Source of the DNA: Eledone cirrhosa | Lineage: Eukaryota | Direction: 5' to 3' | Assembly: GCA_964016885.1 (NCBI GenBank) | Contig: OZ024745.1 | Coordinates: 13,578,001 to 13,642,000 of the forward strand | Length of the DNA: 64,000 nucleotides | Shown: positions 13,151 through 26,568 of the stretch, one piece after another | How positions within the stretch are numbered: position 1 is the stretch's first letter | How the letters are laid out: every line of letters begins with the position of its first letter | The notes under the pieces: model-generated | Databases searched by the model: none | Seen by the model: only the letters and a program-made list of their open reading frames with translations | Told to the model about the DNA's origin: nothing | Program-made: the position numbers and the translations under genes

Positions 13151-16100
13151 CATGATGGCTGCAAACTCTGCCAAGAGTATTGCAATCGCTTGTCAGATTC
13201 GGATGTGTGACGCTCGGATAGGGCTTTGCAAGCCTGCTAGAGACTTGCACTCTTTCACACAGTGACGACAACTATGGACCTCCCTGGCTTGAGGTCCCGC
13301 CCGCATCAGGGTGCCCGTGAACCCTCACAACACCGTGGAGATCATAGTTCACTGGTTCTCTTTGAACATGGCTGCGATTGTGGCTCCTGAGACCAGATTT
13401 GCTCAAGTAAACTTTTCCACACTCAGGGTACTTCAATTCAATGGAGACACCGATCGTTTAGAGAGATACACCAGGGCATTGCCTACGCCCATCCGGTTGG
13501 ATCTTCTCGTGCTCTATGCGTCTGTCCTCAAAATTATGGACCCCATCATTCACCATTCCACGCCAAGTTTCTCTTTCAAGAGCTTCTATCTCCCAGTCAG
13601 CCATCATCAAACCAGTTATTTTCAATGAGTCCTTTACATAATCCTTCAATCGGAGCCTTGGTTTGTGAGGTGGTCTCTTACCCTCACAAATCTCGCCATA
13701 GAAGAGTTGTTTTTGGATTCGATCATCCTCCATTCTGCAGAGGTGTCCGGTACATTGCAAACGCCGTTGATGGATGATACTCTCAATGCTCCGACACTCA
13801 CTTCTCTCAAGGACCTCAACATCACTCACATGCATCTGCCACTTGATACCAAGCATCTTTCTGAGACACTACTGGTGAAACCGTTGCAGTCTATGGATAT
13901 GCCGTTTGTAGGCAACCCATGTCTCACATGCATACAGCAAAGCTGACAGTACACATGCAGCATACACTCTCACCTTGGTCCTCATTGTGATTCCTCACTT
14001 ACACCAAGGACGGTCGTTGAGCCTTCCAAATGACTCACTTGCCTTACTAACACGTAGACCAACTTCTGCATCCAGAGAGCAGGTCACACTCAGAGTACTG
14101 CCCAAATACACAAATGTGTCAGCAGCCTTCAGCTTTTGACCGTATACGTATGGAGGGTCCATTGAAAATTTTATCCGGAGCAGGTTGGTACATGAAGACA
14201 GTCTCGTCAGACTGATTGTCTGTCCCAAAGCACTGCACGCATTGGAAAAAGAATCCATAAGGTGGTGCATGTCACTCTGGGAGTGTGCAAAGAGATCACA
14301 TGCATCTGCATATACAAATTCTCTGATCAAGGTACTCAGTACCTTAGTGTTGGCAGTGAGACGCCTAAGGTTAAACAGCTTGCCGGAAGTGCGGTATCTG
14401 AGATAGATACTGAGATAGATATTCTATTGACAATCCCTGAAGGCCATGAAGAAAACCATTGCGAAATACAAGGCAAACAAAGCTGGTTCAGGTATATCAC
14501 CCTGCTTGACACCATTTTCAACCGAGATTGGCTCAGACAGTTTACCTCCAACATTCACCCATGCCTGCATGTCATTGTGGGAGAGTTTCAGAATGTTCAC
14601 AAACTTTTCAGGACAGCCCAATCTCTCCAAAATAACCCACAAAGCCTTCCGAATAACGGTGTCAAATGCCTTGGTCAGATCGACAAAAACTTGGTATAAG
14701 TCGATGCGCTGCTCAATGCATTTCTCTTGAAGTTGTTTGGCCGAGAAGATCATGTCAACAGTGCCTCTGCCATTCCTAAAGCCACAGTGGGACTCAGGAA
14801 GTACCTCAACAGCAATGTGCTGTATCAATATGTCCAACAATATCCTGCGCAAGATCTTCCCAGCCACAGATAGCAGTGAAATACCTCTGTAGTTGTCACA
14901 GTCATCTTTGGCTCCCTTTCCATTGTAAAGTACCACCATCAATGCATCTTTCCAGTCCTGTGGCACATCTCCATTCCAAACATTCACAAAGCGATCAGTG
15001 AGGCGGTTTAAGAAGTTATCACCAGCACACTTGAAAATCTCGGCACTCAGTCCATCCATTCCAGGTGACTTGCCGCTGTTTAATTTGGCAATGGCCTTCG
15101 CCACCTCATCAAATGAAGGAGGATCAGCCATTGCCAGCTTTGTAGGTCTGGATGGAATCGACCGGATGAACTCATCATCAATTTCTGATGGTCTGTTGAG
15201 AAGCTCATCAAAGTGGTCATGCCACCTGATCAGGATTTCCTTCGGATCTCTGAGCAATTCCTTGCCGTACCCGGAGCGAAGTGGTGATATTTGCGAACCG
15301 GTCGGACCATATACCTCCCTGAGCAGACTGTATAGGAGCTTTGTATGATGTCATCTGAGGCCTTCTGGATTTCATCATCCTTTTGGCTCCACCAGGTATC
15401 CTGCATGACTCCCAATCGATGTTGCACACGTGCCTTGATCTGCCTGAAGGTCCGGTCACTCCTGTCAGAACGTGTCTCACACAACAATGATGTCAGCACT
15501 TTTTTTTTCTCTTCAAGCAAGGTCTGGATCATTGAATCATTTTCATCGAACCAGTCTTTATGCTTTCTATTAGTATGACCCAAAACTCCAGCACTAACAT
15601 GATAGACGGTTTTCTTCAATGATTCCCAAGCATTTTCACATTCCATGGACTCAAGGGACCTCAACCGCTCAGTTCTGACTTTCTCTGTTTTCAGACGAGC
15701 CACGTTTAGTTGTTTTCGAAGTGCAACCTTCTTCCCCCTTATTTTGGGCTTCACAACAAATTGAAATTTGGCACGCACCAAACGATGATCAGTCCAACAT
15801 TCCGCGCCTCGCAATACACGAACCAATGTGATATCCCTGATATCACGTTTTCTCGTTAAAACGAAGTCAATAAGACCTGGATGCATCCAAGTTGTCTTAT
15901 ATTTGTCTTTCTGCTGAAAGGGCGTGTTCCCAGCAACAAGATCCATCTCAGTGTACATCTGCAACAGAAGTTGACATTTGTTATTGCACTTACCTACTCC
16001 ATGCCTGCCCATCACACTCCAAGCTTCCCAGTCATTACCAACACGTGCATTAAAATCACGAAGGATGACAATCTTGTCTGCATAAGGTATACCATGGATG

Positions 16101-16592
16101 ACCTCTCTCAAAGACATGTAGAAACTTAGTTTTTCATCATCACTGGCACACATAGTAGGAGCGTACACACTGACCAGAGTCACAAAGCGGTTTTGAATCA
16201 GAGGGACTCTCATGGACATTATCCGATCATTGAATCTAGAAGGAAGATTTTCCAGCTTTGAGACGATTCCATTCCTGATAGCAAATGCGACCCCTGCCTC
16301 TCTCCTACAACCCTCTGCTCCACCACTCCAATAGAAGCTATATCCTCCCTTCTGTTCTGTGAATTGACTCTCACCTGCCAATCTCGTTTCTGAAAGAGAA
16401 CGATGTCCATCCTATAGCGATTGAGTTCCCTCGACACCAAAGCAGATCTTCTCTCAGGGTGAGTTTTACTGGACTGGGAATCCAGTAAAGTTCTTACATT
16501 CCAGCATCCAATATTCAGAGGTTTGAACCTCCTTGCAGTTGTAGGATGACGACCGGGTCCACGCTGCGGTGCCATGGGACACCTGCCGGCCC
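13151..16592 (-). mobile_element. RTE-clade LINE, near-complete ORF, frameshifted (APE endonuclease, RT, two C2H2-like fingers)
   Basis: GCWNVRTL, SVYAPT, DFNARVG, TDHRLV (APE). KSPGMDG, NYRGISLL, GFR.GRGT.DMIF, DLTKAFDTV, GVKQG, YADACD (RT). RIQKQLFYGE. Ends gcagccatcatg(tatg)n. Confidence 0.95.
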
Positions 16593-16688
16593 CTCGGGGG
16601 GTATTTGAACTCATAAAGCAAAGGGCTGTAACTATATACTACAAATCATGTTGTCCGACGCTCTACTGATACTGCCAATCCACATGCC
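16592..16688 (-). mobile_element. SINE family A head fused to the 5' end of the RTE
   Basis: gtggattggcagtatcagtagagcgtcggacaacatg...gagttcaaat..ccgagg, followed directly by RTE sequence. Confidence 0.85.
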
Positions 16689-17254
16689 AAAGTATAATAA
16701 ACTATATAAACTAACAGAAGTATTTTATCAACGCCCCAACGGTGTCTAACCAAGAAAAATCTATATGAGGCAGTTCTTCGACAACAAACAAATTCTGAAG
16801 CACCTTGGCGGATGGCTTCTCTGTTCTTTGGAGAGCTAATGGAAACGATATGCCATGATACATATGTTGAAAATTCCAGAAAATCTTGTTCCAGATGTTA
16901 ACATACAAGAAAAGGAAAAAATACGCTAGATACTGTCAGATACCTACATTCACTTGCTCAAAATCTCGCATCAGAAACCTCCACAAAGGCTACCCAATAT
17001 ATAGAACTGTTGTTGTTATCTTTACTTAATCCGCAGGTCTGCTCTAAATGGTGAGACCTATGGTCAAATGCGTGCCAGTTCCAAGATTTTATCTTATCTT
17101 CGTCTACATTGTTCGTATAATTTCCTTTTTTAACGACTAATTTGTAATTTGAAGTAGATTTAACTAGTATTTCTTCCGGGTCACAGATACCGCCTCGCTG
17201 GTTCATGATTCCAAACAGGGTGGAGTATTTGTGTGTGTGTGACATCTCACACCT

Positions 17255-17483
17255 ATGCAGGTTTAGCTGGCCTCCTCCAAGGTATATCTCGTTGGGGGTA
17301 TCTTGGGTGATTTAATGATAGGGACCTCAGTCTTATCATCTCATTTCTATAGCTTAGTAAACTGGAACAACGTGAAATAAAGTTCTTGCTCAAGGAAACA
17401 ACACATCACCCGGTCCGAGATTTGGACTCACAACCTTTCGATTGCAAGCCCAATGCTCTAACCACTAAGCCATATTCCTTCAC
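17255..17483 (-). mobile_element. SINE family B
   Basis: Inverted close copy of 9011-9240. Confidence 0.9.
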
Positions 17484-18155
17484 TGGAGTATTTAGCCTAA
17501 TGGATCTACTTTTCTCTAGTCCAGTAGTTAGAAAAGTGAGTTCTGGGAAGTTGCAGGATTCTTGGACAATTATCTGGACTTTGTCAAATAAGATAGCGTG
17601 TAATAAAATCTAATAAAAGCTTTTGCTTATGTTTGCTTGATCGTTTTCTTTCTTAGAATAAATTATCTTCTAGAAAATTCTTTGTTCTATTTAATGTCTC
17701 AGCAAAATTCGGTTGGGTGGAATTGTTTATAGAATATCAGTGTAAGTCCCATGATTATTGGAAAATCGTAAACACTGCACCAAAAGTTTATCTGTTGATT
17801 TACTGCGCTCGCTACACTAAGCAAATATCGATTTTAAGTATGTAGGTATATATCAGATGATATGCAGAGATATGTACAGAGGGTAATCTACATATAATTA
17901 GTGGTTAACCTCATGATAATCACGAGATGAAAACGGATGTAAAACAGGAATACAGACCACAATATACTGAGAGCTGATTGGAGAACGCCTAAATTGCGGG
18001 CGATCACACTGTCCGGTATAGATTTTACTTTAATGGATTAAGAAAAAAGATTCCATAATCTATTTTATCAGCTTTTTAAAACGTATGTATGTATATGTAT
18101 GTATGTGTGTATATATATATATATATACATAAACCTGTGTGTATGTATGTTTTAT

Positions 18156-18200
<45 letters not shown>

Positions 18201-18322
18201 TGTGTGTGTGTGTATTTTGAATATATATATATATGTAGAGGTTATATTTGATTTGTTGGGATACAACAAGCAAAATATTTTTATAACTGATATAAAGCAC
18301 TCAACAAATTATTGGAGTAAAT

Positions 18323-18483
18323 ATACAATATATTAACAAATGGAAACTATATTTATAAAACCATATTATTTCATTATACATATTTCAAGTGCCACCAAGG
18401 AATTTGCCTTGGTGACCCTTGAAATATGTATAATGAAATAAATATGGTTTTATAAATATAGTTTCCATTTGTTAATATATTGT

Positions 18484-18484
<1 letters not shown>
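18323..18484. repeat. ~78-bp-arm imperfect palindrome of a pLTR-like 3' end
   Basis: tacaatatattaacaaatgg...caccaagg-aatttg-ccttggtg...ccatttgttaatatattgta. The same sequence is also inverted at 51525-51675. Confidence 0.9.
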
Positions 18485-18567
<83 letters not shown>

Positions 18568-18638
18568 CACTTAATTCAAATTATTTTTTACCTTTGTATT
18601 TCCTTCGATTCATTTCCTGTTTAAAATATTTCTACTTT

Positions 18639-18740
<102 letters not shown>

Positions 18741-18933
18741 CTACCATGACTGAATCTTAACCATCTACTATGTCAGGGTATGTCATGCATCATCTTATTT
18801 TATCTGATGAGAACGTACTGTTGAACTTAACTCAGTACCTCTGAAATATGTATAATAAAATATACTTGATCACAAGAATATCTATTTTCTTAATATTTTG
18901 AATTAATATTATATATATTATATATATATATAT

Positions 18934-19006
<73 letters not shown>

Positions 19007-19095
19007 TGAATATAGCTGGATGCACACTCATGTATATATATATACACACAGACGGACACAAACACACACAAACAGACAGACACACACACACATAC

Positions 19096-19176
<81 letters not shown>

Positions 19177-19263
19177 GCCGTGGTTTCGTTTGTTTTAGTG
19201 TTTGTGTGTCCAAAAGAGAAGGAAAAAAAATGGACGGCTAGAAAAGAAGGAGAAAGAGATAAA

Positions 19264-22200
19264 GTGTAGGTGGAGGGGTGTAGATGGGGGTGTAGGTGGA
19301 GGGTGGAGGTGGAGGGGTGTAGGTGGAGGGTGTAGGTGGAGGGTGCAGGTGGAGGGTGGAGGTGGAGGGTGGAAGTGGAGGGTGGAGGTGGAGGGTGTAG
19401 GTGGAGGGTGGAGGTGGAGGGTGGAGGTGGAGGGTGGAGGTGGAGGGTGGAGGTGGAGGGGTGTAGATGGAGGGTGTAGGTGGAGGGTGTAGGTGGAGGG
19501 TGTAGGTGAAGGGTGTAGGTGGAGGGTGTAGGTGGAGGGTGGAGGTGGAGGGTGGAGGTGGAGGGGTGTTGATGGAGGGTGTAGGTGGAGGGTGTAGGTG
19601 GAGGGGTGTATGTGGAGGGTGGAGGTGGAGGGTGGAGGTGGGGGGGGGGGGGTGTAGGTGGAGGGTGTAGGTGGAGGGTGGAGGTGGAGGGTGGAGGTGG
19701 AGGGTGGAGGTGGAGGGTGTAGGTGGAGGGTGTAGGTGAAGGGTGTAGGTGGAGGGTGTAGGTGGAGGGGTGTAGGTGGAGGGTGTAGGTGGAGGGGTGT
19801 AGATGAAGGGTGTAGGTGGCGGGGTGTTGATGGAGGGTGTAGGTGGAGGGGTGTTGATGGAGGGTGTAGGTGGAGGGGTGTTGATGAAGGGTGTAGGTGG
19901 AGGGTGGAGGTGGAGGATGTAGGTGGAGAGTGGGGGTGGAGGGTGTAGGTGTATGGTGTAGGTGGAGGGGTGTAGATGGAGGGTGGAGGTGGAGGGGTGG
20001 AGGTCGAGTATGGGGTGTAGGTGAAGGGTGGAGGTGGAAGGATGTTGATGAAGGGTGTATGTGGAGGGTGGAGGCGGAGGGTGGAGGTGGCGGGTGGAGG
20101 TGGAGGGTGGAGGTGGAGGGTGGAGGCGGAGGGTGTAGGTGGAGGGTGTAGGTGGAGGGGTGGGGTGGAGGGTGTAGGTGGAGGGATGTTGATGGAGGGT
20201 GTAGGTGGGGGTGTAGGTGTGGGGGGTTGATGGAGGGTGTAAGTGGAGGAGTGTTGATGGAGGTTGTGGGTGTAGGGTGGAATGTGTGTGTGGGGGGGTT
20301 ATGGAGGATGTAGGTGAAGGGTGTAGGTGGAGGGGTGGAGGTGGAGGATGTAGGTGGAGGGATGTTGATGGAGGGTGTAGGTGGAGGGTGGAGGTGGAGG
20401 GGTGAAGGTGGAGGTATATTGATGTAGGATGTAGGTGGAGGGTGTAGGTGGATGGGTGTTGATGTAGGGTGTAGGTGGAGGGGTGTTGATGGAGGGTGTA
20501 GGTGGAACGTGTAGGTGGAGGGGTGTTGATGGAGGATGTAGGTGGAGGGTGGAGGCGGATGGTGTAGGTGGAGGGTGTTGATGGAGGGTGTAGGTGGAGC
20601 GTGTAGGTGGAGGGGTGTTGATGGAGGTTGTAGGTGGAAGGTGGAGGTGGATGGTGTAGGTGGAGGATGTAGATGGAGGGGTGGAGTTGGATGGTGGAGG
20701 TGGCGGGTGGAGTTGGAGGGTGTAGGTGGAGGGTGTAGGTGTGGGGGGGTAGATGGAGGGTGTAGGTGGAGGGTGTAGGTGGGGGTGTAGATGGAGGGTG
20801 TAGGTGGGGGTGTAGATGGAGGGTGTAGGTGGAGGGTGTAGGTGGAGGGGTGTTGATAGAGGGTGTAGGTGGAGAGTGGAGGTGGTGGGGTGTTGATGGA
20901 GTGTGTAGGTGGAGGGTGAAGGTGGAGGGTGGAGGTGGAGAGTGGAGGTGGAGGGTGGAGGTGGAGGGTGTAGGTGGAGGGGTGTTGATCGAGGGTGGAG
21001 GTGGAAGCGTGGAGGTGGAGTATGGGGGTAGGTGAAGGGTGGAGGTGGAGGGGTGTTTATGGAGGGTGGAGGTGGAGGATGGAGGTGGAAGGTGGAGGTG
21101 GAGGGTGGAGGTGGAGGGTGGAGGTGGAAAGGTGTGGTGGAGGGTGGAGGTGGAGGGGTGTGGTGGAGGGTGTAAGTGGAGGGATGTTGATGGAGGGTGT
21201 AAGTGGAGGGTGGAGGTGGTGGGTGGAGGGTGGAGGGGAGGGTGGAGGGGAGGGTGTAGGTGGAGGGTGGAGGTGGAGGTATATTGATGGAGAATGTAGG
21301 TGGAGGGTGTAGGTGGATGGGTGTTGATGTAGGGTGTAGCTGGAGGGGTGTTGATGGAGGGTGTAGGTGGATGGTGGAGGTGGAGGGTGTAGATGGAAGG
21401 GTGGAGGTGGATGGTGTCGGTGAGGGGTGTTGATGGAGGGTGTAGGTGGAGGGTGGAGGTGGAGGGTGTAGTTGTAGGGGTGTTGATGGAGGGGTGTTGA
21501 TGGAGGGTGTAGGTGGAGGGTGTAGGTGGAGGGGTGTTGATGGAGGGTTTAGGTGGAGGGGTGTTGATGGAGGATGTAGGTGGAGGGGTGTTGATGGAAG
21601 GGTGTTGATGGAGGGGTGTAGGTGGAGGGGTGTTGATGGAGGGGTGTAGGTGGAGGGGTGTTGATGGAGGATGTAGGTGGAGGGGTGTTGATGGAGGGTG
21701 TTGATGGAGGGTGTAGGTGGAGGGTGTAGGTGGAGGGGTGTTGATGGAGGGTGTAGGTGGAGGGGTGTTGATGGAGGGTGTAGGTGGAGGCGTGTTGATG
21801 GAGGGTGTAGGTGGAGGGGTATTGATGGAGGGTGTAGGTGGAGGCGTGTTGATGGAGGGTGTAGGTGGAGGGGTGTTGATGGAGGGTGTAGGTGGAGGGG
21901 TGTTGATGGAGGGGTGTTGATGGAGGGTGTAGGTGGAGGGGTGTTGATGGAGGGGTGTTGATGGAGGGTGTAGGTGGAGGGGTGTTGATGGAGGGATGAG
22001 GTGGAGGGTGTAGGTGGAGGGTGTAGGTGGAGGGGTGTTGATGGAGGGTGTAGGTGGAGGGGTGTAGGTGGAGGGGTGTTGATGGAGGATGTAGGTGGAG
22101 GGGTGTAGGTGGAGGGTGTAGGTGGAGGGTGTAGGTGGAGGGGTGTTGATGGAGGGGTGTAGGTGGAGAGGTGTAGGTGGAGGGTGTAGGTGGAGGGTGT

Positions 22201-24048
22201 AGGTGGAGGGGGTGTTGATGGAGGGGTGTTGATGGAGGGGTGTTGATGGAGGGTGTAGGTGGAGGGTGTAGGTGGAGGGGTGTTGATGGAGGATGTAGGT
22301 GGAGGGTGTAGGTGGAGGGTGTTGATGGAGGGTGTAGGTTGAGGGTGTAGGTGGAGGGGTGTTGATGGAGGGGTGTTGATGGAGGGTGTAGGTGGAGGGT
22401 GTAGGTGGAGGGTGTTGATGGAGGGTGTAGGTGGAGGGTGTAGGTGGAGGGTGGAGGTGGAGGGGTGTTGATGGAGGGTGTAGGTGGAGGGTGTAGGTGG
22501 AGGGTGTAGGTGGAGGGGTGTTGATTGAGGGTGTAGGTGGAGGGGTGTAGGTGGAGGGTGTTGATGGAGGATGTAGGCGGATGGGTGTTGATGGAGGGTG
22601 TAGGTGGAGGGGTGTAGGTGGAGGGGTGTTGATGGAGGGTGTAGGTGGAGGGGTGTTGATGGAGGGTGTAGGTGGAGGAGTGTAGGTGGAGGGGTGTAGG
22701 TGGAGGGGTGTTGATGGAGGGTGTAGGTGGAGGGGGTGTTGATGGAGGTGTAGGTGGAGGGGTGTTGATGGAGGGTGTAGGTGGAGGGTGTAGGTGGAGG
22801 GGTGTTGATGGAGGGGTGTTGATGGAGGGTGTAGGTGGAGGGGTGTTGATGGAGGGGTGTTGATGGAGGGTGTAGGTGGAGGGTGTAGGTGGAGGATGTA
22901 GGTGGAGGTGTAGGTGGAGGGGTGTAGGTGGAGGGGTGTTGTTGGAGGGTGTAGGTGGAGGGTTTAGGTGGAGGGTGTAGGTGGAGGGGTGTAGGTGGAG
23001 GGGTGTTGATGGAGGATGTAGGTGGGGGGGTGTTGATGGAGGGTGTAGGTGGAGGGTGTAGGTGGAGGGGTGTTGATGGAGGGTGTAGGTGGAGGGGTGT
23101 TGATGGAGGGTGTTGATGGAGGGTGTAGGTGGAGGGTGTAGGTGGAGGATGTAGGTGGAGGGTGTAGGTGGAGGGGTGTAGGTGGAGGGGTGTTGATGGA
23201 GGGTGTAGGTGGAGGGTTTAGGTGGAGGGTGTAGGTGGAGGGGTGTAGGTGGAGGGGTGTTGATGGAGGATGTAGGTGGAGGGGTGTTGATGGAGGGTGT
23301 AGGTGGGAGGGTGTAGGTGGAGGGGTGTTGATGGAGGGTGTAGGTGGAGGGTGTTGATGGAGGGTGGAGGTGGAGGGTGGAGGTGGAGGAGTGTTGATGG
23401 AGGGTGTAGGTGGAGGCGTGTAGGTGGAGGGTGTAGGTGGACGATGTAGGTGGAGGGGTGTTGATGGAGGGGTGTAGGTGGAGGGGTGTAGGTGGAGGGT
23501 GTAGGTGGAGGGTGTAGGTGGAGGGGTGTTGATGGAGGGTGTAGGTGGAGGGGTGTAGGTGGAGGGGTGTAGGTGGAGGGGTGTTGATTGAGGGGTGTTG
23601 ATGGAGGGTGTAGGTGAAGGGTGTAGGTGGAGGGTGTAGGTGGAGGGGTGTTGATGGAGGGGTGTTGATGGAGGGTGTAGGTGGAGGGTGTAGGTTGAGG
23701 GGTGTAGGTTGAGGGTGTAGGTGGAGGGGTGTTGATGGAGGGGTGTTGATGGCGGGTGTAGGTGGGGGGGTGTAGGTGGAGGGGTGTAGGTGGAGGGTGT
23801 AGGTGGAGGGTGTAGGTGGAGGGTGTAGGTGGAGGGGTGTTGGTGGAGAGGTGTAGGTGGAGGGTGTAGGTGGAGGGGTGTAGGTGGAGGGGTGTAGATG
23901 GAGGGTGTAGGTGGAGGGTGTTGATGGAGGGTGTAGGTGGAGGGGTGTAGGTGGAGGGGTGTAGGTGGAGGGTGTAGGTGGAGGGGTGTAGGTGGAGGGT
24001 GTTGGTGGAGGGGTGTTGGTGGAGGGGTGTAGATGCAGGGTGTAGGTC
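19264..24048. repeat. 4.8-kb G-rich degenerate minisatellite (ggtggagggtgta / ggggtgttgatggag)
   Basis: The + strand is almost devoid of C; units of about 13-14 bp. Confidence 0.95.
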
Positions 24049-24131
24049 GGTAGAGGTTAAATATTTGTTCATTAATTGATATTTGTCTATGGAAGAAAGA
24101 AATTTAGTATCAACAGGGTATTGAATGGTAG

Positions 24132-26090
24132 ATATGCACTGGACATTTCTCTTATACACACATAGATATATACACACATATACACATACACATATGCACT
24201 GGATATTTCTCTCATACACACATAGATATATACACACATATACACATACACATATGCACTGGATATTTCTCTTATACACACATAGATATACACACATATA
24301 CACATACACATATGCACTGGATATTTCTCTTATACACACATAGATATATACACACATATACACATACACATATGCACTGGATATTTCTCTTATACACACA
24401 TAGATATATACACACATATACACATACACATATGCACTGGATATTTCTCTTATACACACATAGATATATACACACATATACACATACACATATGCACTGG
24501 ATATTTCTCTCATACACACATAGATATATACACACATATACACATACACATATGCACTGGATATTTCTCTCATACACACATAGATATATACACACATATA
24601 CACATACACATATGCACTGGATATTTCTCTTATACACACATAGATATATACACACATATACACATACACATATGCACTGGATATTTCTCTTATACACACA
24701 TAGATATATACACACATATACACAGTACACATATGCACTGGATATTTCTCTTATACACACATAGATATATACACACATATACACATACACATATGCACTG
24801 GATATTTCTCTTATACACACATAGATATATACACACATATACACATACACATATGCACTGGATATTTCTCTTATACACACATAGATATATACACACATAT
24901 ACACATACACATATGCACTGGATATTTCTCTTATACACACATAGATATATACACACATATACACATACACATATGCACTGGATATTTCTCTTATACACAC
25001 ATAGATATATACACACATATACACATACACATATGCACTGGATATTTCTCTTATACACACATAGATATATACACACATATACACATACACATATGCACTG
25101 GATATTTCTCTTATACACACATAGATATATACACACATATACACATACACATATGCACTGGATATTTCTCTTATACACACATAGATATATACACACATAT
25201 ACACATACACATATGCACTGGATATTTCTCTTATACACACATAGATATATACACACATATACACATACACATATGCACTGGATATTTCTCTTATACACAC
25301 ATAGATATATACACACATATACACATACACATATGCACTGGATATTTCTCTTATACACACATAGATATATACACACATATACACATACACATATGCACTG
25401 GATATTTCTCTTATACACACATAGATATATACACACATATACACATACACATATGCACTGGATATTTCTCTTATACACACATAGATATATACACACATAT
25501 ACACATACACATATGCACTGGATATTTCTCTTATACACACATAGATATATACACACATATACACATACACATATGCACTGGATATTTCTCTTATACACAC
25601 ATAGATATATACACACATATACACATACACATATGCACTGGATATTTTCTCTTATACACACATAGATATATACACACATATACACATACACATATGCACT
25701 GGATATTTCTCTTATACACACATAGATATATACACACATATACACATACACATATGCACTGGATATTTCTCTTATACACACATAGATATATACACACATA
25801 TACACATACACATATGCACTGGATATTTCTCTTATACACACATAGATATATACACACATATACACATACACATATGCACTGGATATTTCTCTTATACACA
25901 CATAGATATATACACACATATACACATACACATATGCACTGGATATTTCTCTTATACACACATAGATATATACACACATATACACATACACACATGCACT
26001 GGATTTTTCTCTTATATACACACATTTATATATACACACATTTATATATACACACATACACATACGCACACATGCACTGGACCTTCTCTT
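24132..26090. repeat. 60-bp tandem array (~32 units, highly homogeneous)
   Basis: Unit atatgcactggatatttctcttatacacacatagatatatacacacatatacacatacac. Confidence 0.97.
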
Positions 26091-26337
26091 ATATACACAC
26101 ATACACATATACTCATATATACACACATATACACATATACACATATACACACATATACACACACACACACATACACACACATGCAACGACTCCTTCTGCC
26201 ATGCACACATACATATACACACGCATGCATAGACACACAAATACAAATACACATAATTATATATGTGAATTTATATATCTATATATGTCTCTCTCTTTCT
26301 CTCTTTCTCTATGTATATATGTATGTATGTATGTATG

Positions 26338-26438
26338 TCAGGTCACCAGTTGGTGCTACTGGTAACATGTATCACAGTACATCCTGTCCTATCGTTGGCG
26401 ACTAAACTAGCAACCCCACCAAGTTTGCAGCCATCATG
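26338..26438 (+). mobile_element. 101-bp mini derivative: 5' end of the 610-bp element plus RTE 3' terminus
   Basis: tcaggtcaccagttggtgc...accccaccaag joined to tttgcagccatcatg(tatg)n. Confidence 0.8.
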
Positions 26439-26568
26439 TATATATGTACATACGTACGTATTTATGTATGTATGTATGTATGTATGTATGTATGTATGTA
26501 TGTATGTATGTATGTATGTATGTATGTATGTATGTGTATGTATGTATATATGTATGTATGTATTTATG

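Noticed and set aside
19264-24048. Telomeric repeat
   Set aside because: No TTAGGG or TTAGG array.
23218-26365. Long repeat ORFs over the 60-bp array
   Set aside because: Satellite translations broken by indel units.
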